Shown here: in pieces, positions 7,497-16,304 of the stretch
Layout of the letters: every line of letters starts with the position of its first letter
How positions within the stretch are numbered: the first letter of the stretch is position 1
Origin: an uncultured Eubacteriales bacterium
GTDB taxonomy: Bacteria; Bacillota; Clostridia; Oscillospirales; RGIG577
NCBI GenBank assembly: GCA_964564795.1
Contig: CAZMCJ010000004.1
Coordinates: 1 to 32,414 of the forward strand
Length of the DNA: 32,414 nucleotides
Direction of reading: 5' to 3'
Position numbers and translations under genes: made by a program
The notes under the pieces: generated by a model
Databases searched by the model: none
Told to the model about the DNA's origin: nothing
Seen by the model: only the letters and a program-made list of their open reading frames with translations

Positions 7497-9568
7497 TATA
7501 ACACCCCTTTATAGTAAAGCCCCCTTGTAAAATCGCCACTCATCGGCTCGTAGCCACCCTTGTATTGGTGGATTATGTTTGCAATTTCAGAAGCACACTC
7601 ATCTGTGAAGGAAAGTACGATGTAGTGTGGCTTTAACTGCTTGTAATCATCGTGCTTGTCCGCCAGATAAACTGGGTGTGAGTTAAACATCTCGTTTCGG
7701 CACCCAAAGGCACTCTTAACAAGCAAATCCTCACCCATTCTGTCTGTTAGGTAGGTGTTTTCCTCACACTTTTTGCACCCTAAAAAGCTCTTTTCCACCA
7801 CACAATTTTGCGTTATCATCAGTGACATTTTGCCGTAAACATAAATTTGCATGGGCATTTCCCCACCCATTTTTTTTATTTGCGGGTAGGTTAGCTCAAT
7901 TGACGGGGTGAATTCACTTAGACCAATTTTTGCGTACTCCATTTTGCCGATAGGGCTGAAAATATTTAAGGAATAATCACCAACAGCCCTCAAACCAAGG
8001 CTTTTAGCAAGGCTTATCGCCCCAATGTTTCCACACAGCGCACTTTTTGCGCCAAAGCTTATCCACCTCTTTAGCAGAGCAACAATCTCGCCCTCCTCAC
8101 GGGTGAAATAAATGCGTGGGATAATGGGGATAATTTCACACTCAAATTCCTTGCCTTCCACTCCTTCAATTTCCTCAAGCGGCAAATAAACTCGTGCAAT
8201 CCCCTTTAAATTTTGTGGAATTTGGGTAGCGGTTAGCACTCTTAAGGCAATTTTCTCCTTCTCACTCCCCACTTTTTTCTCCGTCTGCACTTCATATGGT
8301 ACAAATTCATATTTTTTCGTTGCAATCCTTTTTTCGTCAATTTGTAAAAGCACGCTTCTTCTTAGCTCATTTATGTGGGAAAGTGGTAGGCTTAGCCCCT
8401 CTTCGATTTCGCACTTTATTTCTAGCACTTCGTATGGTGTTCCCCCAACTTTACCTAGCTGAGCCGCCACCTTTTCGCTATTTATTGGCGCATTAATTGC
8501 AACTTCAGGCACATTTCCAAATACTTTTGCGCTGTTTCCATCAACATCAACTGCGGTTATCTCTATATTTTGTCCACCTTTTATGGTGGCACTAAATTTT
8601 ATTCCTACACGTTTTACAGGGTTTTTTATTGCACTTTCCAAGGTATTTTGCTTTAAAAGCTTTCTATATTTCTCTTCGTTCTCATTGTTTATTTTAATAC
8701 CAAACATACCTTTTCCAATTTTATCCGCCAAATACCCGCTTGTAAAACCACTGCGGGAGAACATAGTTGCAAGGTTTTCCATCTCCTCCTCAGTTGGTGG
8801 CTCTCCGCTTGCCAAAAGGCTTTCGTACGTTTTTGTGATAAGCCTAACGTATTCGCTGCGCTTCATCCGCCCCTCAATTTTAAGGGAGGCAACGCCAATT
8901 TCCTTTAGCTCGCTTATATATCTTGTTGTTTCCAAATCCTTAAGGCTAAGTGGATACCCATCGTTATAGGGTAGCCTACAAGGTTGTGCACATTTGCCAC
9001 GGTTGCCACTCCTGCCCCCTAAAAACGCACTAAAATAGCACTGTCCAGAGTAACTCATACACAGTGCGCCATGGATAAATACCTCAATCTCCACATTTGA
9101 GTTTTCACAAATGTGCCTAATCTCTGTTATTGGAAGTTCCCGTGCCAAAACAACACGGCTAAATCCCAGTCTCTCGCACTCTTGCACACCCCTTAGGTTG
9201 GTAATGCTCATCTGGGTTGATGCGTGTATCTTCATACCGGGCAGAGTTTTTTTGATTATATTCATAACGCCAATGTCTTGCACAATTATTGCATCCACTC
9301 CAATTTCCCCTGCTAGTTTCAGGGTTTTGCATAGCTCCTCCACTTCTATTTCCTTAACCAGGGTATTTACCGCAAGGTAAAATTTAGCCCCATAAAGGTG
9401 GCAAAAATTAACCCCCTCTATAAGCTCCTCCTCGGTAAAATTTTTCGCCTCGCTCCTTGCGCTAAAGGCACTGTATCCTCCATAAATTTCGTCCGCACCA
9501 CTTAAAACCGCAGCCTTAAGGCTGTCGAGAGACCCCGCAGGGGCAAGTATTTTAGTAATATTTTTCAT
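7496..9568 (-). CDS. Peptidase U32 family protein, long two-module form
   Basis: 690-aa ORF. The N-terminal half carries the U32 signature EVFIHGALCMSYSGQCYFS. The C-terminal half has a second, degenerate cysteine-containing block (YVYGKMSLMITQNCVV...GCKKC). Its start directly abuts the zapA stop. Confidence 0.8.
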   Translation of the reverse strand: MKNITKILAPAGSLDSLKAAVLSGADEIYGGYSAFSARSEAKNFTEEELIEGVNFCHLYGAKFYLAVNTLVKEIEVEELCKTLKLAGEIGVDAIIVQDIGVMNIIKKTLPGMKIHASTQMSITNLRGVQECERLGFSRVVLARELPITEIRHICENSNVEIEVFIHGALCMSYSGQCYFSAFLGGRSGNRGKCAQPCRLPYNDGYPLSLKDLETTRYISELKEIGVASLKIEGRMKRSEYVRLITKTYESLLASGEPPTEEEMENLATMFSRSGFTSGYLADKIGKGMFGIKINNENEEKYRKLLKQNTLESAIKNPVKRVGIKFSATIKGGQNIEITAVDVDGNSAKVFGNVPEVAINAPINSEKVAAQLGKVGGTPYEVLEIKCEIEEGLSLPLSHINELRRSVLLQIDEKRIATKKYEFVPYEVQTEKKVGSEKEKIALRVLTATQIPQNLKGIARVYLPLEEIEGVEGKEFECEIIPIIPRIYFTREEGEIVALLKRWISFGAKSALCGNIGAISLAKSLGLRAVGDYSLNIFSPIGKMEYAKIGLSEFTPSIELTYPQIKKMGGEMPMQIYVYGKMSLMITQNCVVEKSFLGCKKCEENTYLTDRMGEDLLVKSAFGCRNEMFNSHPVYLADKHDDYKQLKPHYIVLSFTDECASEIANIIHQYKGGYEPMSGDFTRGLYYKGVL

Positions 9569-9922
9569 TTATTTCTTCCTTGCAAGTTCATTTTTTATTG
9601 TTGTCAGCTCTGTGCGCAAACGCATAATCTCCCGCTTCATCTCATCTATCACTTTATCATTGTTCAAAATTATCTTGTCTTTATCGCTAAGCTGGTCGTC
9701 AACTATTTTTATAAGCTCATCATTTTTTGTCAGCTTATAACACATATTAATTGCTGTTAAAATGCTAAGCTTCATTTTGGTAACGTTTTTTACATTAGCA
9801 CGCACCTCGTCCATTTCTTTATTCAAGTTTTTTTCAAGTGCCGCCATAAACTCCACGCTCTCTTTTGTTACAATTGGATATTCATCGCCGCCAATATTAA
9901 GAATAATTTTATTTGAAACCAT
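9569..9922 (-). CDS. zapA: Cell division protein ZapA
   Basis: 117-aa form starting MVSNKIILNIGGDEYPIVT, with GGGGTGG 5 nt upstream. It has a coiled-coil C-terminus. The track's extension to 9988 lacks an RBS. Confidence 0.75.
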   Translation of the reverse strand: MVSNKIILNIGGDEYPIVTKESVEFMAALEKNLNKEMDEVRANVKNVTKMKLSILTAINMCYKLTKNDELIKIVDDQLSDKDKIILNNDKVIDEMKREIMRLRTELTTIKNELARKK

Positions 9923-9989
9923 AGTGCCACCCCTTTTATAAAAATTAATACGCACATTTATTATACAACCTTTTTTCCTTTTGAGCAAT

Positions 9990-10030
9990 AAAAAAGGCTT
10001 CTAAAGAAGTATTTTAAGGTAGCCTTTTTT
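9990..10030 (-). terminator. Possible weak, AT-rich hairpin or terminator between PFOR and the zapA promoter
   Basis: AAAAAAGGCT...AGCCTTTTTT arms with an imperfect interior, and T runs on both strands. Confidence 0.3.
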
Positions 10031-10092
10031 GAAACTCATTTGCAGCAAGTTAATAATTAAAAATTTAAACGCAGAACTTTCCTATTTGTTAT

Positions 10093-10124
10093 AAAAAAAG
10101 AGCACCCATAATGGGTGCTCTTTT
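10093..10124 (-). terminator. Rho-independent terminator of the PFOR gene
   Basis: AGAGCACCCA (10099-10108) pairs with TGGGTGCTCT (10112-10121) around a 3-nt loop. On the minus strand a T7 run follows. Confidence 0.75.
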
Positions 10125-10137
10125 AAAAATCATCTAA

Positions 10138-13100
10138 TTATTCGAACATTTTGCCAAACTTAACAAGATACTCGTACTTATCTGCCGCATTTTTCTCAGC
10201 TTCAGCAAACAATACTTCTGCCTTTTCTGGGAATTGACGTAGAAGTGAGCTATAACGAACTTCGTTCATTATGAAATCCTTATAAGATGCAGATGGTGCT
10301 TTTGAATCCAATTGGAATGGGTTCTTGCCTTGTGCCTTTAGGCGTGGGTCAAATCTGAACATATTCCAATAACCAGCAGCAACTGCGTTCTTGATAACCT
10401 TTTGTGTATCTGTCATACCGCCTCTGATACCATGGCTGATACATGGAGCATAACCGATAACAAGAGATGGACCATGGTAGCTTTCAGCCTCTTTCAAAGC
10501 CTTAACTGTTTGAGCGTAGTCAGCACCCATAGCAATGTGTGCAACATAAACGTAGCCATAAGACATAGCCATTTGAGCTAGATCCTTCTTCTTGATTGGC
10601 TTACCACCAGCAGCAAACTGAGCAATCGCACCAGTTTGAGTTGATTTAGAAGCTTGACCACCGGTGTTGGAGTAAATCTCTGTGTCGTAAACCATAATGT
10701 TAACGTCCATACCAGATGCGATAACGTGGTCAAGTCCACCGAAGCCGATGTCATATGCCCAACCGTCGCCACCGAATATCCAGAAGGACTTCTTAGCTAG
10801 GAATTCTTTTTCCGCCAAAATCTCTTGTGCCGCTGCGCATCCGCAAGCTGTTAGTGCATCAACCAGTTCAACTGTTGGTTGTGCGTTATCATCTGCGCTG
10901 TTGAATGTTTCAAACCACTTAGCAGCAGCTGCAACAACAGCCTCAGTAGCGTTTCCGCTCTCAACAAGAGCATTAATCTTCTTAACTAGTCTATCTCTAA
11001 TTTGGTTTGCGCCTAGGTACATACCCAAACCGTACTCAGCGTTATCCTCAAATAGGGAGTTAGACCAAGCAGGACCAAAGCCCTTGTGGTTAGTTGTGTA
11101 TGGAGTTGAAGGTGCGCTGCCGCCCCAGATTGAAGAACAGCCTGTTGCATTAGCAATATACATTTTATCACCATAAAGTTGAGTGATAAGCTTAGCGTAT
11201 GGTGTTTCACCACAACCTGCACAAGCGCCGGAGAACTCAAGCAATGGTTGTTTGAATTGAGAGCCCTTTACAGTTGCAACTGCGAATGGAAGCTCCTTAA
11301 CTGCAACGTTATCAACGTCTGTTGCGTAGTTGTAGCACTCTTGTTGTGGCATTTGTGTTGCGATTGGCTCCATAACCAGTGCCTTATTCTTTGCTGGGCA
11401 AACGTTAGCACAGTTTCCGCAACCGGTACAGTCAAGAACTGTAACAGCAACACCGAATTGGTACTCTTCACAGCCTTTACCAGTCATCTTCTTAAGCTTC
11501 ATTGCCTCTGGCGCTTTAGCTGCTTCGTCAGCAGTTAGAACAACCGGACGGATAGCTGCGTGAGGACAAACATAAGAACATTGGTTACATTGGATACAGT
11601 TTTCAGGAATCCAGTTTGGAACGTCAACTGCAATACCACGTTTCTCGTATTTAGAAGAACCTTGATCCAAAGTTCCGTTTTCTCTACCTGTGAAAGTAGA
11701 AACAGGAAGCTTGTCGCCTTGTTGTGCGTTGCAAGGGATAAGGATATTCTTAACATATGCTGGGATATTAGCATCATCAACCTTTGGAGCATCAGTTGCA
11801 GTTGCCCAGTCAGCAGGAACAACAATCTCATTGATGTTCTTGTATCCTTGCTCGATTGCAGCGTGGTTCATATTAACAATCTTTTCGCCCTTAGTGCCGT
11901 AAGATTTAACAACAGCATCCCTCATATACTCAGCTGCTTTTTCGAAAGGAATAACGTCAGCAATTTTGAAGAAAGCACTTTGCAAAATCATATTAGTCTT
12001 GTTGCCAAGGCCAAGCTCTTTTGCGATAGCGATAGCATCAACAGTGTAAACTGAGATGTTGTTCTTTGCGATGAAGTTCTTCATTGTTGCAGGAAGGTTA
12101 GCACTTAGCTCGTCAACATTCCATGCACAGTTTAGAAGGAACTTGCCGTTTGGCTTCAAATCTTGAACCATCTCATATTTATCAACATAAGAAGGGTTGT
12201 GACAAGCAACAAAATCAGCCTTATTTATTAGGTAAGTTGATTTGATTGGCTTAGAGCCGAAACGAAGGTGAGAAATTGTTACACCACCGGACTTTTTAGA
12301 GTCATATGCAAAGTAAGCTTGTGCATACAAATCAGTGTGGTCACCGATGATTTTGATGGAGTTCTTGTTAGCACCAACAGTACCGTCAGAACCAAGACCC
12401 CAGAACTTACAAGCGATGTTACCCTTAGCAGATGTGTCAACACTCTCAGCTCTTGGTAGAGAAAGGTTAGTAACGTCATCTTCGATGGATAGAGTAAAGC
12501 CGTTCTTAGGGTTTTTATTATCAAGGTTAGCATATGCAGCAATAATATCAGCAGGAAGAGTGTCTTTAGAACCAAGACCGTATCTACCACCAATAATCTT
12601 AGGAGCATTTTCTTGGCCAAAGAAAGATGTGCAAACATCTAGGTAAAGTGGCTCGCCCAATGCGCCAGGCTCCTTAGTTCTATCAAGAACAGCTATGCTC
12701 TTAACAGTTGAAGGAACAGCCTTAAGGAATGCATCCTTAGGGAAAGGTCTGTAAAGGTGAATCTTAACAAGACCAACCTTTTCGCCCTTATCAAGCATAT
12801 AGTCAATAGTTTCTTCAATAGTTTCGCAAACGCTACCCATAGCAACAAGAACCTTAGTTGCATCCGGTGCGCCATAGTAGTTAACTAGCTTGTAATCAGT
12901 ACCGATTTTAGCGTTAACTTGGTTCATATAATCCTCAACAACTGCTGGGATTTCATCATAGAATTTATTGCATGCTTCTCTTGCTTGGAAGAAGATGTCA
13001 GGGTTTTGCGCACTACCTCTTAGCACTGGGCGCTCTGGGTTAAGTGCATTTTTTCTGAATGCTGCAAGAGCATCTTTATCAACCATCTCATCTAGGTCTT

Positions 13101-13665
13101 TGTAATCCCAAACTTCGATTTTGTTAATCTCGTGGGAAGTTCTAAATCCATCAAAGAAGTGAAGGAAAGGAACTCTGCCCTTTATTGCTGCCAAGTGAGC
13201 AACTGCGCCTAAATCCATAACCTCTTGTGGGCTATTGGAGCAAAGCATAGCAAAGCCTGTTTGACGACAAGCCATAACGTCACTATGGTCACCAAATATA
13301 GAAAGTGCATGGGAAGCTAGTGCTCTTGCGCTACAGTGAATAACGCCGGGAAGAAGCTCACCTGCTATTTTATACATATTTGGAATCATAAGAAGTAGAC
13401 CTTGAGAAGCTGTGTAGGTAGTAGTTAGTGCACCCGCTGCCAATGAACCGTGTACAGTTCCTGCTGCGCCTGCCTCTGATTGCATTTCAACAATCTTAAC
13501 TGTTTGATCGAAAATATTCTTTTTGCCTTGTGATGCCCAAACGTCAGACACCTCTGCCATAACTGAAGATGGTGTTATTGGGAAAATTCCTGCAACATCT
13601 GTAAGTGCATAAGACACCCACGCAGCTGCATTATTTCCATCCATGGTTTTCATTTTTCTTGCCAC
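10138..13665 (-). CDS. nifJ: Pyruvate:ferredoxin (flavodoxin) oxidoreductase, single-polypeptide form
   Basis: 1175-aa ORF. The N-terminus KMKTMDGNNAAAWVSYA is canonical. It contains two ferredoxin-type motifs (CIQCNQCSYVCP, CTGCGNCANVCP) and the TPP motif GGDGWAYDIG. The GTG start lies 8 nt after AAGGAGG. Confidence 0.95.
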   Translation of the reverse strand: MARKMKTMDGNNAAAWVSYALTDVAGIFPITPSSVMAEVSDVWASQGKKNIFDQTVKIVEMQSEAGAAGTVHGSLAAGALTTTYTASQGLLLMIPNMYKIAGELLPGVIHCSARALASHALSIFGDHSDVMACRQTGFAMLCSNSPQEVMDLGAVAHLAAIKGRVPFLHFFDGFRTSHEINKIEVWDYKDLDEMVDKDALAAFRKNALNPERPVLRGSAQNPDIFFQAREACNKFYDEIPAVVEDYMNQVNAKIGTDYKLVNYYGAPDATKVLVAMGSVCETIEETIDYMLDKGEKVGLVKIHLYRPFPKDAFLKAVPSTVKSIAVLDRTKEPGALGEPLYLDVCTSFFGQENAPKIIGGRYGLGSKDTLPADIIAAYANLDNKNPKNGFTLSIEDDVTNLSLPRAESVDTSAKGNIACKFWGLGSDGTVGANKNSIKIIGDHTDLYAQAYFAYDSKKSGGVTISHLRFGSKPIKSTYLINKADFVACHNPSYVDKYEMVQDLKPNGKFLLNCAWNVDELSANLPATMKNFIAKNNISVYTVDAIAIAKELGLGNKTNMILQSAFFKIADVIPFEKAAEYMRDAVVKSYGTKGEKIVNMNHAAIEQGYKNINEIVVPADWATATDAPKVDDANIPAYVKNILIPCNAQQGDKLPVSTFTGRENGTLDQGSSKYEKRGIAVDVPNWIPENCIQCNQCSYVCPHAAIRPVVLTADEAAKAPEAMKLKKMTGKGCEEYQFGVAVTVLDCTGCGNCANVCPAKNKALVMEPIATQMPQQECYNYATDVDNVAVKELPFAVATVKGSQFKQPLLEFSGACAGCGETPYAKLITQLYGDKMYIANATGCSSIWGGSAPSTPYTTNHKGFGPAWSNSLFEDNAEYGLGMYLGANQIRDRLVKKINALVESGNATEAVVAAAAKWFETFNSADDNAQPTVELVDALTACGCAAAQEILAEKEFLAKKSFWIFGGDGWAYDIGFGGLDHVIASGMDVNIMVYDTEIYSNTGGQASKSTQTGAIAQFAAGGKPIKKKDLAQMAMSYGYVYVAHIAMGADYAQTVKALKEAESYHGPSLVIGYAPCISHGIRGGMTDTQKVIKNAVAAGYWNMFRFDPRLKAQGKNPFQLDSKAPSASYKDFIMNEVRYSSLLRQFPEKAEVLFAEAEKNAADKYEYLVKFGKMFE

Positions 13666-13725
13666 TTTGTATTCCTCCTTGATTTTTATATATCTTTTTT
13701 TTAAAAAGCTAAATATACCTACTTA

Positions 13726-13754
13726 ATTTTATCACTTTTTCCATACTATGTAAA
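13726..13754 (-). promoter_or_regulatory. Candidate sigma-70 promoter for PFOR
   Basis: On the minus strand: TTTACA, a 17-nt spacer ending in TGa, then TAAAAT (extended -10). Confidence 0.4.
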
Positions 13755-13865
13755 GGTTATTTATTAAGTAAATATTAATATTTCGTGAAAATTTAAACAA
13801 TTTTGCATTAATACAAATTTATTCAAAAAAATCTGTCTTCTTGCACATATTAAATGCAATTCCCT

Positions 13866-15443
13866 CTACCCGTCAATCTCCAATGTTTTTATCCTTCGCC
13901 ACAAACTCGTTGTTGATATGCCTAAATATTTAGCCGTTTTTAGTTTCGATGCACCATTTGCCTTTAAAGCGGCTGTTATAATTTCCTTTTCGTACTGGTT
14001 CATAAGCTCCGCCAAATTGGTTTGGATTGCACCCTCCTCCATATTATTGCCATTCATTGCGTTGTTTTTAAGCTTAATTGGCAAGTATATTTTCTTAATT
14101 TTTGTATCTGTGCCTATTATCATAAAGATGTTCTCTATTACGCTGTGTAGCTCACCTATGTTGCCTTTCCAGTTATATGAACAAAGCATTTCAATTGCAT
14201 CTTGGTCCACTGTCTCCACAAATTTTCCATAATTTTTGTTGAGCCTTCGTATAAAATACTCCACAAAAAGAGGAATATCCTCTTTAATTTCCCTAAGTGG
14301 TGGCAAGTGCAAAATACCTTTAGAAATCTCATTATAGATTGTTTGAGCGAATGTTTTGTTTTGTTGCATTTCGTTTATGCGTTGACTATCTGCGCAAAAA
14401 ATCCTAACATCAACCTTAATTTTCTTACGGCTTCCAATTCTTGAAACCTCACCACTTTGGATAACCTTTAAAACCTTGTTTTGCATATCCATATCAAGCT
14501 TGTGAATTCCGATTATTAGCAGTGTCCCACCGTTTGCCTCCTCAAAAGCGCCTGAGCTACCTCCCCTTTTAACACCTTTGAATATTGCGTCCTCATAGCC
14601 GAAAAAGGTGCTCTCTATAAGTGTTTCATCAATTGTTCCACAATTAACCGTTATGAATGGCTTATGCCAACGCTCACTTGCATTATGCATTGCTCCTGCA
14701 AAGGTTTCCTTCCCGGTACCCGCCTCTCCAATTATCAAAACGTTGTCATCTGTTTTTGCCAGTGCAACAGCTGTTGCAATAATCTGTTGCTTCTTGGGCG
14801 ATTTTGTAATTATATCGTTAAATGTAAAGCGTGCAATTTTGTTCTTCCTTATTTCGTCAATCAGCTTCTGGCGAGATTGCACCGTGTCATCATTGTTAAA
14901 ACCGAAACCAAAATTAGGGCTAAGTGGAATTCTTATTGCTCTTGAGCCAACAATATAATTGGACTCACCAATAACAGCAACTCCGTCCTCCATTGCCTTT
15001 TTAGCCGCATCGCTCTCTTTGCCTATAAACTCATCACTAATCTCCCCTTTAGAGTTAACAGAATGTGTGCGCACCCCTTTTGCATCAAACATAACTGCAT
15101 CACCACCAGTTATTTTTGAAATGTGTGGCAACGCATCTGATATTATATTAAAAAGCTTTTTCTCATAGCTTGAGAAACATTCTTTATGTCCGCCAATAAT
15201 GTAATCACCAAATGGAATAACCCACATTACATCATCGCTTTTAAAGGGTGACTTTATCTGACCCGCAAAGCCACCTTCGATTATTTTTTTTGCGCCATTT
15301 AGCCTGTTTATTTTACCATTTTTGACCGCCTCGCCACTCGAATCCATAGCAACTATAAAGTTGCCATGCTTATCCCACAATGCGCTATATCCACCTTGCG
15401 CCTTTGCAATATTGGCTATCAGCTCAAGCATCGCATGTAACAT
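13866..15443 (-). CDS. Sigma-54 EBP-like transcriptional regulator with a degenerate AAA+ core and a C-terminal Fis-type HTH
   Basis: 525-aa ORF. Walker A GEAGTGKE (aa 239-246), LPPLREIKEDI and the C-terminal HTH TAKYLGISTTSLWRRIK place it in the NtrC/EBP family. GAFTGA, Walker B DE, the arginine fingers and the sensor II arginine are all substituted (see findings). An RBS, GGGGTGA, is present. The gene starts 31 nt after the preceding cluster gene. Confidence 0.8.
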   Translation of the reverse strand: MLHAMLELIANIAKAQGGYSALWDKHGNFIVAMDSSGEAVKNGKINRLNGAKKIIEGGFAGQIKSPFKSDDVMWVIPFGDYIIGGHKECFSSYEKKLFNIISDALPHISKITGGDAVMFDAKGVRTHSVNSKGEISDEFIGKESDAAKKAMEDGVAVIGESNYIVGSRAIRIPLSPNFGFGFNNDDTVQSRQKLIDEIRKNKIARFTFNDIITKSPKKQQIIATAVALAKTDDNVLIIGEAGTGKETFAGAMHNASERWHKPFITVNCGTIDETLIESTFFGYEDAIFKGVKRGGSSGAFEEANGGTLLIIGIHKLDMDMQNKVLKVIQSGEVSRIGSRKKIKVDVRIFCADSQRINEMQQNKTFAQTIYNEISKGILHLPPLREIKEDIPLFVEYFIRRLNKNYGKFVETVDQDAIEMLCSYNWKGNIGELHSVIENIFMIIGTDTKIKKIYLPIKLKNNAMNGNNMEEGAIQTNLAELMNQYEKEIITAALKANGASKLKTAKYLGISTTSLWRRIKTLEIDG

Positions 15444-15474
15444 TTTTATTCACCCCATTACCTATATAACACAT

Positions 15475-16302
15475 TTAGAATGAAATGTCCAGCCACTCCG
15501 GAATCTTCATTATTATCTCGTCCACGCACACAACTGCGCCCTTTATTACGCCATCATTATAAAGTTTTTCCGCAACTGTATATCCATTCAAAACTGCCTT
15601 TAGCTTGCTTTCTTTTGATAGTTTTCCCACCTTTACCGTCACAACCTGTCCCCTAATATCAGTGCCTTCGTCAATCTCCTCAGCAAAGCAGCGCACAATA
15701 TTTTCGTCGTCGCAATCAGTCATATTTGCAATATAAGTTGCGCAACCATCTGCAACCGATGCCTTATCCGCAAAGACGCTAACGAAGGTGGCAATACCCT
15801 TGGAGAAGCTTCGTCCACTCATTCCACTGGTGCAAATACCACAAATTTCGTCCTCTTTTTTTATGCAAATCACCATTTTGCCACCATCTTTAAAGGGTAT
15901 TCCAACCTTTATGGGTGTTTCTTCTGTGTTATAAATTGCAATGTCGCCACCATTGTTAATAATTACCTTTGTTGCTCCCAAGCTCCCCCCTATTTCAGCA
16001 CCGTATTCGGAAAAGGAACCTGCAACCGCGCCCAATGTGTTAAGCTCATCATAGCCCGTTTTTGCAACACCCGTAATCATTTTATTGAGTACAGTTGGTA
16101 GTTTTTCATTTGGCTCTTTAAAGGTTCGCATTTCTTTTAGCATATTAACAAAAGGTGTTAGCCGATTAAATTCGGCTAACACACAATTTGCGACAACGCA
16201 AGATATTTCGCTGTTTTTAACACCATCTACAAAGCAATCAATAGCCATTTGTATAGGCCCGTAATCCAAAAAAACACGATTATCTTCCAGTATCTTTATC
16301 AT
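15475..16302 (-). CDS. UPF0280/ApbE-like superfamily protein (tentative), coupled to the 6-hydroxynicotinate reductase gene
   Basis: 275-aa ORF starting 2 nt after the hnr stop. The motifs IINNGGDIAIY and CTSGMSGRSFSKG resemble ApbE/UPF0280 blocks. That resemblance is from memory, not from a search. The coding call is strong; the family call is tentative. Confidence 0.5.
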   Translation of the reverse strand: MIKILEDNRVFLDYGPIQMAIDCFVDGVKNSEISCVVANCVLAEFNRLTPFVNMLKEMRTFKEPNEKLPTVLNKMITGVAKTGYDELNTLGAVAGSFSEYGAEIGGSLGATKVIINNGGDIAIYNTEETPIKVGIPFKDGGKMVICIKKEDEICGICTSGMSGRSFSKGIATFVSVFADKASVADGCATYIANMTDCDDENIVRCFAEEIDEGTDIRGQVVTVKVGKLSKESKLKAVLNGYTVAEKLYNDGVIKGAVVCVDEIIMKIPEWLDISF

Positions 16303-16304
16303 AT

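Noticed and set aside
9923-9988. N-terminal extensions offered by the ORF track: zapA to 9988, gltX from 2393, glnS from 4096, Mo subunit to 30476, ena to 19001, dml to 19898, permease to 28142
   Set aside because: In each case an internal ATG sits 4-8 nt downstream of a strong GGAGG-type RBS and gives the family-typical N-terminus. The extended starts are non-ATG codons, or lack an RBS, or fall upstream of the predicted promoter.
13840-13866. Terminator immediately after the regulator gene (TTGCA...TGCAA followed by a T run on the minus strand)
   Set aside because: The stem is only 5 bp with a 9-nt loop, and the T run is separated from the stem. That is too weak to call.
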